From positions 140 to 64,139 of the forward strand of contig DATKMK010000063.1 of NCBI GenBank assembly GCA_035541895.1: DNA of 64,000 bases, written 5' to 3'. The stretch is from Candidatus Binatia bacterium. Its GTDB lineage: Bacteria > Desulfobacterota > Binatia > HRBIN30 > JACQVA1. A program made the position numbers and the translations under genes. Shown piece after piece: positions 31,187 to 39,848 of this stretch (position 1 is the stretch's first letter; each line of letters opens with the position of its first letter). The notes under the pieces are model-generated. The model saw only the letters and a list, made by a program, of their open reading frames with translations. It ran no database searches and was not told the origin of the DNA.

Positions 31187-32679
31187 GTGGTGCGACCGGA
31201 AAGCAGGCCGGACTTTTGCTCGATGAGCCGTTGATCTTCGAGCGCAGCCGTCCCGGTCGCAGCGCATTCCAACTCGAAGATGATGTTGCGGCCGCGGCCG
31301 AACTGCTGCCGCCGGAGCTGCGTCGCGACCGCATCGACGGATTTCCGGAAGTCAGTGAGCCCGACGCGCTGCGGCACTTCCTCCGCCTCTCGCAGTGGAA
31401 CCTCGGCACCGCGACCACGTTCTACCCGCTCGGGTCGTGCACGATGAAGTACAACCCGGTGCTCAATGAGGCGGTGGCGCGGTTGCCCGGCTTCGCCAGT
31501 TTGCATCCGCTGACGCCCGATGAGTTGGCGCAAGGGCAACTCGAATTGATGTGGGAGCTGGAGCACGCGCTCGCCGAGATCTGCGGCATGGACGCGATCA
31601 GCCTGCAGCCGGCCGCCGGTGCGCAGGGCGAGCTGACCGGGATGAAGATGGTGCGGGCGTACCACGTTGAGCGCGGCCGCAGTCGCAGCAAGGTCCTCAT
31701 TCCCGCCAGCGCGCACGGCACCAATCCCGCCAGCGCGGCGCTGGCCGGTTATCGGGTCGTGCCGGTCGAAGGCAACCGCATCGGTTTGCTCGAAGCCGAA
31801 GCCGTCCGCCGCGCAATGGATGAGGATGTGGCGGCGCTGATGATCACCAATCCCAACACCCTGGGATTGTTCGAACGCGAGATCGCGCAGATCGCCGACG
31901 CGGTCCACGCCAACGGCGGGCTCGTGTATTTGGACGGCGCCAATCTGAATGCGCTGATGGGCGTAGCGAAGCCCGGCCACATGGGCGCCGACGTGTTGCA
32001 ATTCAACTTGCACAAAACCTTCTCGACCCCGCACGGCGGCGGCGGACCCGGTGCCGGCCCGATCGGCGTGCGCGATGTCTTGGTGCCGTACCTACCGACG
32101 CCGCGGCTCGTGCGCGACGATGCCGGGATTCGCTGGAGTGACGCATTCCCGCAGTCGATCGGCCGTGTTCGCTCGTTCTATGGAAACGCCGGCATGCACG
32201 TGCGGGCGTATGCCTACATCCTCGCGCTCGGCGGCGACGGCTTGACCCACGCTACCCGGATGGCGGTGCTGTCCGCCAATTACATTCGCAAGAGTTTGGC
32301 GGCCGACTATCACCTCGCCGCGCCGACGACGTGCATGCACGAGTGCGTGTTCAGCGACAAGGGATTTGAGAATCTGGGGGTGAAGACGCTCGACATCGCC
32401 AAGCGGTTGCTCGACTTCGGTTTCTACGCGCCGACGATCTACTTCCCGTTGGTGGTCAACGGCGCGATCATGATCGAGCCCACTGAAACGGAGAGCAAGG
32501 AGACGCTCGACGAGTTCATCGCGGCGATGCGGACGATCGCCCGCGAAGCCCGCGAGTCGCCCGATACCGTGCGCAACGCCCCGACGCGTACCCCCGTCAG
32601 CCGGCTCGACGAAGCCCGCGCCGCGCGCCATCCGGTGCTGCGCTGGCGGAAGCAGCGACAAGTGATGAGTGACGAGTGA
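31183..32679 (+). CDS. gcvPB: glycine dehydrogenase (aminomethyl-transferring) subunit 2
   Basis: LIFERSRPGR...PLGSCTMKYNP...NLHKTFSTPHGGGGPG (PLP-Lys region). ATGA overlap with the gcvPA stop. Confidence 0.93.
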   Translation: MSGATGKQAGLLLDEPLIFERSRPGRSAFQLEDDVAAAAELLPPELRRDRIDGFPEVSEPDALRHFLRLSQWNLGTATTFYPLGSCTMKYNPVLNEAVARLPGFASLHPLTPDELAQGQLELMWELEHALAEICGMDAISLQPAAGAQGELTGMKMVRAYHVERGRSRSKVLIPASAHGTNPASAALAGYRVVPVEGNRIGLLEAEAVRRAMDEDVAALMITNPNTLGLFEREIAQIADAVHANGGLVYLDGANLNALMGVAKPGHMGADVLQFNLHKTFSTPHGGGGPGAGPIGVRDVLVPYLPTPRLVRDDAGIRWSDAFPQSIGRVRSFYGNAGMHVRAYAYILALGGDGLTHATRMAVLSANYIRKSLAADYHLAAPTTCMHECVFSDKGFENLGVKTLDIAKRLLDFGFYAPTIYFPLVVNGAIMIEPTETESKETLDEFIAAMRTIAREARESPDTVRNAPTRTPVSRLDEARAARHPVLRWRKQRQVMSDE

Positions 32680-32691
32680 TCGGTCGGAGGG

Positions 32692-32714
32692 GACGCGCTC
32701 GTATCCGGCGCGTC
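32692..32714. terminator. hairpin between convergent gcvPB and the proline-rich protein gene
   Basis: GACGCGC-tcgtatccg-GCGCGTC: 7-bp stem. Confidence 0.4.
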
Positions 32715-32726
32715 ACTGATCGATCA

Positions 32727-33836
32727 TCACTCTTTTTTCGGTTCAGCGTCGAGTCCGACGCCGGCCATGCCGTAGTAGCCGGCGCTCGATCGGCCGGTGC
32801 GCGGATCGGTCATGCCCTGCACCATGATGTCGACCAGCAACATGAAGTGAATGTTGCCGTCGCTGGCTTCGGCGCCGGGCGGCGGGTTCTCATCGAAGAA
32901 GATGTCGGGCTGCGTGACCGCGAGTAGCTCGCGGTGCGCCGCGAGACCGCTGTTGCTGTCCTTTTGAACCAAGCGGGCGCTGACCAGGCGCCCCTTCTTG
33001 CTCATGATTGCTTCGACGACTGCAAACTCGCGGCCCGAGCCGACCCCACTGGCGAAGCGGGCGCGGTCGAGTCCCATCGCCAAGTGTTGAAAGATGCGGC
33101 CCGCGACTCGGCGCACGAAGGGCGCGAACAATTCGGCCTTGGTGTTCAGCAAGGTGATATCGCCCTCGCGAATGGTTGGAATGTAGTCGTTGATTCCCGG
33201 GCGCGATGAAAACGCGCCGCCACCTCCACTCGCGAGGAGATTGCGATGGCTCGGCGTGGGTGCGGCTTGCTCTTGCGGCTGGGCGACGACCGCGCCTTGG
33301 CGCACCAAGTCGCCGGCGCGCGGCAGCAATTGATCGAGTTTTGGAAGCGAGGCGACTTGTTCGTTCGCCGACGGCTCGCGTGGTTGGCGCGGCGGTGCCG
33401 GCGCCTTCGGCGGTGCGGCGGCCCGCGCTTCCGCGCGCTGGGCGGGCGGCTTGTTTTCGGGCCCTGCCTCGCCGGGGGCCGGCTGACCGCGACGGATCAT
33501 TTCTTGCGCGACGGTGTTGTCGCGATCGCTGAGAAACCTTGTCTTCTCGGGCGGACGCTCCTCGCCGGCGTCGGGCGGGGTGACGATCTGGCGCTCGGGC
33601 AACAAATTCGGTTGCGACGGCTTGGCATCGGCGACCGCGTCGGGTGGCGGGGCGACGACCTTCGGAGCCGGCGCGGCTGGTTTTGGCAGCGGGAGTTGTG
33701 CGAGATCGACATCGATCGACGGCGGTGCAATCGCGGGCAGCTCGAACTTCCGCAGGATCGGCAGCAACGCGAGCAGCGTCAGGTGCAGCAACAACGAGAC
33801 CGCCAATGCCCACGACAGGCGCGCCTGATCGGACAT
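32727..33836 (-). CDS. membrane-anchored proline-rich protein, TonB-like architecture
   Basis: N-terminal anchor LSWALAVSLLLHLTLLALLPIL, a long Pro/Ala-rich spacer (LPKPAAPAPKVVAPPPD...), and a C-terminal globular part (EFAVVEAIMSKKGRLVSARLVQKDSNSG). The TonB assignment is tentative. Confidence 0.65.
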   Translation of the reverse strand: MSDQARLSWALAVSLLLHLTLLALLPILRKFELPAIAPPSIDVDLAQLPLPKPAAPAPKVVAPPPDAVADAKPSQPNLLPERQIVTPPDAGEERPPEKTRFLSDRDNTVAQEMIRRGQPAPGEAGPENKPPAQRAEARAAAPPKAPAPPRQPREPSANEQVASLPKLDQLLPRAGDLVRQGAVVAQPQEQAAPTPSHRNLLASGGGGAFSSRPGINDYIPTIREGDITLLNTKAELFAPFVRRVAGRIFQHLAMGLDRARFASGVGSGREFAVVEAIMSKKGRLVSARLVQKDSNSGLAAHRELLAVTQPDIFFDENPPPGAEASDGNIHFMLLVDIMVQGMTDPRTGRSSAGYYGMAGVGLDAEPKKE

Positions 33837-33954
33837 GGGCTGATCTTAGCGGTCGCTGCCGCCGGGCCGCAACATCGCCCGCTCGTTGCGCGTGACCGCC
33901 TTGCGCCGGTCGGAGGCGTTCGCGTATAAGTCGTCACCAGGGCGGTGATCGCGC

Positions 33955-34164
33955 ATGTTCGGACTCGGTATCGGCGAGCTTCTGGTGATCTTGGTGATCG
34001 TCCTCATCATTTTCGGAGCGGGACGGTTGCCGGAAATCGGCGAAGGGCTGGGCAAGAGCATCCGCAACTTTCGCCGCGAGGTGAAATCGCCCGACGCGAT
34101 CGACGTCACCCCCAAGGCCGAGGGTGACAAGTCGAAGCGCGCCGATGACGAACCTCACGCCTGA
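33955..34164 (+). CDS. tatA: twin-arginine translocase TatA/E family subunit
   Basis: [40 protein letters not shown]. Confidence 0.9.
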   Translation: MFGLGIGELLVILVIVLIIFGAGRLPEIGEGLGKSIRNFRREVKSPDAIDVTPKAEGDKSKRADDEPHA

Positions 34165-35201
34165 CGTTGCACCGCAAGCACTTGGCTGCTGAATTCGGTG
34201 ACCCCGGACGGCGGCTGCATGAAGACGATGACGAAGGTCGATTCTTCCCCTGGTGCGATGCCGAAGCGCTTGGGCGGTTTGAGGTTCTGCAGGATCGACA
34301 CCTCGCGCTGGGTCAACGACCTCAGGATCTTCATCGAGATCACATTGCCGCAGAAGATGGTTTTTTCGTCGAGCTGCCGATTGTCATTGTCGTAGAGGCG
34401 GCCGACGATCTCGATGTTGCGGACGGTCACCGGTGCGTTGTTGAGCGCGCGGCCGGTGATCACGAACACGGTTTGCCCGTCCTTGATTCGCTGGTACACC
34501 CCGCTGACGTCGCTCAGCACGATCTTGCGATTGAGCAGGCGGTCCTCGGTGAGTGAGCTGATGAACGGCAGCTTGCGGAACAGTGAGTCGGCGAGCACCG
34601 GGTTGGCGCGCAAGGTCCACGCAATCGCGGCGTAGGCGCTGACCACAAGCGCCAGAAAGATGATGACGGGGCGAGCGGAAATTCCCTGCGGCATCGTGCG
34701 CGGCTCCTCGAACGGCTCGTCGAACTCGTCGGCAACGTCGTCGAAGCCATTCTCGCCCTCAAAATCCGCGTCGAGCTTGGCCGCTGCCGGCGTCTCGGGA
34801 CCCTTTTGGCGGCGGGTCGGCGCACGGGTCAGCGCGGGTTCGATTTCGTCATCGCCGAACGACTCGCCGAGCGGGCCGGCAGGCGGCGTTTCGCCGCCGA
34901 GCGCCGTCGGCGGCACCACGGGCTCGGTGCCGAGTTCGAACTCCGGCTCCGATTCGTCGATGGTGAGGTCCGATGTCGCCTGCGGCTCCGGCTCTTTCAA
35001 CGTTGGCTTGGAAAAGGTAAACGATAGATTTTCCGGCTCCCGCGGTGGCGCAGTCTCGAGCGGCGCAGTCGCAGGAGTCGGACGACTCGGGCCGGGAAAG
35101 ATGTGACGGCAGCGCGAGCACTTCAACATGGGGTTCGTGCCGGTGAGGCGCGACTCGTCGAGTTGGAAGCGCGTAGCGCAATATGGGCACTGGATGATCA
35201 T
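34155..35201 (-). CDS. MJ0042-type zinc-ribbon protein with DUF3426-like C-terminal domain
   Basis: [19 protein letters not shown]...[10 protein letters not shown] zinc ribbon, an acidic/Pro-rich linker, one TM helix ([17 protein letters not shown]), and a C-terminal beta-rich domain. Confidence 0.8.
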   Translation of the reverse strand: MIIQCPYCATRFQLDESRLTGTNPMLKCSRCRHIFPGPSRPTPATAPLETAPPREPENLSFTFSKPTLKEPEPQATSDLTIDESEPEFELGTEPVVPPTALGGETPPAGPLGESFGDDEIEPALTRAPTRRQKGPETPAAAKLDADFEGENGFDDVADEFDEPFEEPRTMPQGISARPVIIFLALVVSAYAAIAWTLRANPVLADSLFRKLPFISSLTEDRLLNRKIVLSDVSGVYQRIKDGQTVFVITGRALNNAPVTVRNIEIVGRLYDNDNRQLDEKTIFCGNVISMKILRSLTQREVSILQNLKPPKRFGIAPGEESTFVIVFMQPPSGVTEFSSQVLAVQRQA

Positions 35202-35226
35202 CGGCGGATCGTGAGCGCGAGATTGT

Positions 35227-35979
35227 ATGGCGAGTGAGACAAAAAGCAACCCGAACATGGGCGTGGTGACCGAGCTGTCGGTCGTGCTGCCGGCGTACAA
35301 CGAGGAGCCGAACATCGAGCGCGTGGTGCGGACGGTCGCGCCGTACCTCGATTCGTTGGGCCTCGACTACGAATTGTTGGTCGTCGACGACGGCAGCGCC
35401 GATCGCACCGGTGCGCTTCTCGATGGATTGGTAGCGGAGTTTCCGCGCTTGCGCCCGCTGCACCACCCGAAGAATCGCGGCTACGGTGGCGCATTGCGCA
35501 CCGGATTCGCCGCGGCCCGCAAGCGCTTCGTCTTCTACATGGACGGCGACGGGCAGTTCGACATCAAGGACCTGGCGGTGGTGTTGCCGCTCGCCACCGA
35601 CCACCAGAGCATCGTCACCGGCTACCGCATCGAACGGCGCGATCCGTTCATTCGCCGGCTCAATGCCAAACTGTTCGGCGGCTGGCTCGTGCGCATCATG
35701 CTCGGCGTGCGGGTACGCGATCTCAATTGCGCCTTCAAGCTCATTCCCAAGCGCGTGCTCGATGCGATCACGCTGGAGACCGACAGTGCCCTCATCAACG
35801 CCGAGCTCTACGGCCGTGCAGTGCGCAAGGGCTTTGGAATCAAAGAAGTCGGTGTTCACCACTATCCGCGCGAGGCCGGCGTCCAAACCGGTGCCCACCT
35901 GCGCGTGATTCTGAAGGCGTTCTACGACCTCTTCCGGCTGCGACAGAAGATCATCGCCGAGACACGTAACCAGGGTTAG
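35227..35979 (+). CDS. family-2 glycosyltransferase, polyprenyl-phosphate sugar synthase-like (Dpm1/GtrB-type)
   Basis: LSVVLPAYNEEPNIERVV...LLVVDDGSADRT...NRGYGGALRTGF...DGDGQFD motifs; 250 aa soluble type. Confidence 0.88.
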   Translation: MASETKSNPNMGVVTELSVVLPAYNEEPNIERVVRTVAPYLDSLGLDYELLVVDDGSADRTGALLDGLVAEFPRLRPLHHPKNRGYGGALRTGFAAARKRFVFYMDGDGQFDIKDLAVVLPLATDHQSIVTGYRIERRDPFIRRLNAKLFGGWLVRIMLGVRVRDLNCAFKLIPKRVLDAITLETDSALINAELYGRAVRKGFGIKEVGVHHYPREAGVQTGAHLRVILKAFYDLFRLRQKIIAETRNQG

Positions 35980-36163
35980 CGTTCCGACGATCCGCCGCGT
36001 TTTGGATCAGGCGGCGCCCGCAGGTTGCGAGTTCGACATTTGATTTGATTGATGCCGAATCTAGCGCCGGCGGGCAACGGCTCACTGCAATTTTTTGGAT
36101 TGCTTATTCGCCCCTCTTGTTGATTACTGCAATACGCTCATTGCCTGAGTCGAGGGGGACAAC

Positions 36164-37216
36164 ATGGTTGGACATCGGTTGTGCGTCGCGATCGGGATGG
36201 CCGGGGTCGTCTGGTTGGGCAATTGGACGGGTCTAGCGCGTGCGCAGACCACGACCACCGAAGCCGCGTCGGTCCTGGTTTTTCCACGCGTCGTCGTCAC
36301 AGGGTCATGGGACACGATCATTCAGATCGGCAACAATGCGAATCGCCCGGCCAACGCGCGCTGCTACTATGCAAACGGGACGATCTGGGCCCCGACCAAT
36401 TTCTCCCTGGCATTTCACCAGCAGCAGCCGACACACTGGGTGGCCTCACGCGGTCGTGCCCTCGACCCGAACGATCAGGAATGTGGGGTGACGAACAACG
36501 ACTGTGACGGGGCGGGGTTCGATCCTGGCGCAATTCCTGCCCTCGACGCACCATTCGCCGGTGAACTCCGGTGCATCGAGGTCGACGCGTCGGGCGCGCC
36601 ATGGACCGGCAACGCGCTGTCCGGCGTCGCCACACTGATGCATCGGACGTCCGGTGAGATCGTCAAGTATCCGGCGGTCGGCCTGCACGGCTTGGAGACC
36701 AACGACGCGGACACGTCGTTGTGCTTGGGCGGCGACCCGCGCGTCGGCTGCCTGCACGGCGCCGAATATGCCGGTTGTCCCAAGAGCTGGATCGTCTCGC
36801 ATCCGGCCGACTTTGATGACCGCTCGTTTGACGGCGACGCGCGCTCCACCAGCATCACGGTCGTGCCCTGCTCAGAGGACTTTGGAGCGGCGATGCAGAT
36901 GCCGCTGCTGCTGCAATTCCGTCTCACCAACGAATTCGAGGAAACCTTCTCGGCCGCGACGACGATCACCTGTTGGGCCGACCTGCACTTGTCGGACATC
37001 AGCACCGTCTTCCAGCGCGACACGATCGGCAGCAACTGGCTTCAGACGACCGTGCGCGCCGCCGGCGACAACTCGTCGGGTTTTATTCTGACCCAGCAGA
37101 GCACGCGCGAGACCGCCTTTCTCGCCACATTTGCCGCGGCCGGCACCGTCCCGCCACACGAGACTGAGCCGTTGGGCAGCGACATTGTCGGATTGCCCGA
37201 GGAGGTTGGGCAATGA
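36164..37216 (+). CDS. secreted Cys-rich protein of unknown family (paralog 1)
   Basis: Signal peptide ...GLARA/QTTT and GAGGGGGA RBS. It shares SVLVFPRVVV..DTIIQIGN...ARCYY, GELRCIEV and NEFEETF blocks with the next gene. Confidence 0.75.
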   Translation: MVGHRLCVAIGMAGVVWLGNWTGLARAQTTTTEAASVLVFPRVVVTGSWDTIIQIGNNANRPANARCYYANGTIWAPTNFSLAFHQQQPTHWVASRGRALDPNDQECGVTNNDCDGAGFDPGAIPALDAPFAGELRCIEVDASGAPWTGNALSGVATLMHRTSGEIVKYPAVGLHGLETNDADTSLCLGGDPRVGCLHGAEYAGCPKSWIVSHPADFDDRSFDGDARSTSITVVPCSEDFGAAMQMPLLLQFRLTNEFEETFSAATTITCWADLHLSDISTVFQRDTIGSNWLQTTVRAAGDNSSGFILTQQSTRETAFLATFAAAGTVPPHETEPLGSDIVGLPEEVGQ

Positions 37217-39165
37217 CGATCGCAAGAGCATTGTCGTCATTCGTGATCGCTGTGGCGATCGCCTCTTCTCCGTTGCCGTCCGCCGCGCAGACCAGCCCCG
37301 ACGAACCTGCCGCGTTGCTGGTGTATCCGTACGTCGCCGTCGATACCGCGAATGGGACTGATACGCTGATTCAGCTCGGCAACGTGGCCAGCGGGCCGGT
37401 CGATCTACGCTGCTTCTACGAAAACCTCACGCCGCTGTGCATCAACGGACAAGCCGGCGAACGCTGCGGACCGGGACCGGTGACCTGCTCGGGAGCGTGC
37501 GAACCGAGCGTGTCCCGCGTCCCGATGCGAATCCGGGTGACCGCACGGCAACCGTTGGCCTGGTCCGTGAGCGCCGGCCTGCAGAATCTGCCGCTCGACG
37601 GCGTCACACGGATCGGACCGGCGGGGCAGAGCAACCAGTCCTCTGAGATTCCAGGCGTGGGCGGCGGACCATTTGTCGGCACCTTGCGCTGCGTCGTGGT
37701 GTCATCCGACATGTTCCGTCCAGCGCCCGACAACGTGCTGTTCGGTCAGGCCACCATTGTGCGGCGGCGTGGCGCACCGGAAGCATTCGATGACGACGCC
37801 GAATATCGCGCCATCGGCGTCAAAGCGACCGCCAGTACCATCAGCCGCGACGAGTTCCTCAACCTCGGCGGCCCCAGTGCCGAGTACGCCGCGTGCCCGG
37901 ATGTCGTCGAGTTCGAACACTTCTTCGACGGCGCATCCACGCTGCCGGGCTCAATCACCCCGCAGGCAGCAACCACACTCGCGCTGACCAACTGTACCAA
38001 CACCATCCTCTCGAGCATGAACGTCGCGCAGTTTCTGGTCTTCAACGAGTTCGCGCAGCGCTTCACCACGTCGACCCAGATCGGTTTCCAACTGGTGAAG
38101 CCGCTATCGAAAATCGACACCTCACTTGAGAGCCATTCCATTTTCTCATCCGCAATTAACGGGACCTTGACCGGCCGCACAAACATTCACGGCGCCTTGG
38201 GCGGCCTGCACGCGGTAGCAATTGAGTCGCACGGCGACCCGACGACTCCCTACGAAATGCACTCCGACGCCGCCGAGCTACACGGCGCGGGCGTCCGTCT
38301 CGCGGGAGACGTGCTCACCTATCGACTGCCGCAGTGCACCGCCGACTGTAACTTGGACGGCAAAGTGTCCATCGACGAAACGGTGCTCGCGGTCAACATC
38401 GGATTAGGAAATACCTCGCCGGATGCATGTCCGCCCGCCGATCGAGACGGCGACGCGAAGGTGACTGTGGACGAATTGGTCGCGGCGGTCGATAGCGCGC
38501 TCAACGGGTGCCCCGATCCGCAATCGCCGCCGACTCCCGAGGTGACGCCAGTACCGACGGCGACGCCGACGCGTAGCCCGCAAAGCGTCGGCCCGGAGAT
38601 CACTCACTTCGGCATCGCCACGGCTGACGATCGACCGCTGGCGGCTGACTCGACCGATGCGATGGGCCGGCCGATCTACGTGCACCTATTCGGCCAAGGG
38701 ATGACGCTCATCGTCGAAGCGCGTCGCGGTCAGAGCGACAGTCCGGTTGCGACCAGCACCTACTCTGAAACGGGGCAGCTGCCGGATCTGCAAGTGTTGG
38801 TATCTCGTCCCCTCGGCGATGGAATCGCGGACGTGTGCGAGGACGACGGCCACTCGGGAGGCGTTCCCGCGATTCCCACGCTCGACTTCCAGTCCGATGC
38901 TGCTGCGGCGGCGATCAACGATCTCGGTTGCCGCGCCTATGGACGGCAACCGACGGTGTGCACGCGCAAGCTTGGAGTTCCTACGGGCGTCGGGTCGGTC
39001 CAAGGATTCGCTACCGTCGATAGCACGTCTCAGGTGCAGTTCTGCATTCCGATTGCCAAAGCGTGGGCGTTCCCGGTGGGCGACACGATCGTGGCGGCGC
39101 GTGTCCGCGACCAGGCGGGCAACCTTGGTCCGGAGCAGAAAATCGTGGTGCGAGTTGGCGAATAG
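37213..39165 (+). CDS. secreted multidomain protein: paralog-2 N-domain + dockerin-like module + Pro/Thr linker + unknown C-domain
   Basis: ATGA overlap with the upstream paralog; signal peptide ...PSAA/QTSP. Blocks ALLVYPYVAVD..DTLIQLGN...LRCFY, GTLRCVVV and NEFAQRF. Dockerin-like CTADCNLDGKVSIDE...DRDGDAKVTVDELVAAVDSALNGC (38335-38511), then PQSPPTPEVTPVPTATPTRSP. Confidence 0.8.
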   Translation: MTIARALSSFVIAVAIASSPLPSAAQTSPDEPAALLVYPYVAVDTANGTDTLIQLGNVASGPVDLRCFYENLTPLCINGQAGERCGPGPVTCSGACEPSVSRVPMRIRVTARQPLAWSVSAGLQNLPLDGVTRIGPAGQSNQSSEIPGVGGGPFVGTLRCVVVSSDMFRPAPDNVLFGQATIVRRRGAPEAFDDDAEYRAIGVKATASTISRDEFLNLGGPSAEYAACPDVVEFEHFFDGASTLPGSITPQAATTLALTNCTNTILSSMNVAQFLVFNEFAQRFTTSTQIGFQLVKPLSKIDTSLESHSIFSSAINGTLTGRTNIHGALGGLHAVAIESHGDPTTPYEMHSDAAELHGAGVRLAGDVLTYRLPQCTADCNLDGKVSIDETVLAVNIGLGNTSPDACPPADRDGDAKVTVDELVAAVDSALNGCPDPQSPPTPEVTPVPTATPTRSPQSVGPEITHFGIATADDRPLAADSTDAMGRPIYVHLFGQGMTLIVEARRGQSDSPVATSTYSETGQLPDLQVLVSRPLGDGIADVCEDDGHSGGVPAIPTLDFQSDAAAAAINDLGCRAYGRQPTVCTRKLGVPTGVGSVQGFATVDSTSQVQFCIPIAKAWAFPVGDTIVAARVRDQAGNLGPEQKIVVRVGE

Positions 39166-39192
39166 GATCGACTGCAGCGTCAGCGCGGCGGT

Positions 39193-39624
39193 TCAGCCGC
39201 CGCGCGCTTCGACGAGCTGCATGAAGGCATCAAGAATGTCGCTGCGGGTGATGATGCCGACCAAGTGCCCGTCGTCGACGACCGGGAGCGCGCCGATGCG
39301 CTCGCGCCGCATCAGGCGCGCGGTCTCGACGATCGAGTCCTTCGAGCCGGCCGTCAACGTCTGTTGCGTCATCACCGTCTCGACCGGAATGCGAGTCGGG
39401 TCGGTCCCGACGTGTTCGTGCCGGCGATCTTCGCGCGCCGCGTCGAACACCGACGGAAACGCATCACGCAGATCGCGATCGGTGATGATGCCGACCAAGC
39501 GTCCCCCCGCGACCACTGGGAGCTGGTTGACGCGCTGGGCTTCCATCAACTCACGCGCGTGCTGGATCGAATCCAGCGGCTTCACCGTGTGTACTTTGCG
39601 TTTCATCCAGGCTGTGACTTGCAC
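39193..39624 (-). CDS. CBS domain pair protein
   Basis: Two CBS repeats (VHTVKPLDSIQHARELM..QRVNQLPVV..GRLVGIITDRDL and ...ETARLMRRERIGALPVVDDGHLVGIITRSDIL). GTG start with a GGAGGT RBS is proposed; ATG 39606 is the alternative. Confidence 0.85.
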   Translation of the reverse strand: MQVTAWMKRKVHTVKPLDSIQHARELMEAQRVNQLPVVAGGRLVGIITDRDLRDAFPSVFDAAREDRRHEHVGTDPTRIPVETVMTQQTLTAGSKDSIVETARLMRRERIGALPVVDDGHLVGIITRSDILDAFMQLVEARGG

Positions 39625-39772
39625 GGGCCACCTCCACGACTGCGAACTCGGCTCTCTTCTACCAGAAGCCGGCACACGTGCCCATCCATCGCGCGGGTTT
39701 GCGCGGGAGTTTGCCGAACCAAAATGGCAATCAACTTCGTGCTCGTCATTCCGGTTCTTGATCCGATCTGCT

Positions 39773-39804
39773 GTAGGCGCAGGCGCGCAGGCTGAAGCCT
39801 GCGC
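39773..39804. repeat. REP-like palindromic element (GTAGGCGCAGGC + GCGCAGGC-tgaa-GCCTGCGC hairpin)
   Basis: Perfect 8-bp stem with a 4-nt loop at 39785-39804, preceded by GTAGGCGCAGGC. Related motifs occur at 26209-26236 and 61559-61583. Confidence 0.4.
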
Positions 39805-39848
39805 TCTTTGCAGACCCAGCCAAATGTGGTTTTAGCCCGCGAACCCGC

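Noticed and set aside
36090-36110. Possible sigma54 promoter (TGGATTGCTT) upstream of the paralog pair
   Set aside because: It does not fit the TGGCAC-N5-TTGC spacing/consensus: the GG and GC elements are only about 4 nt apart.
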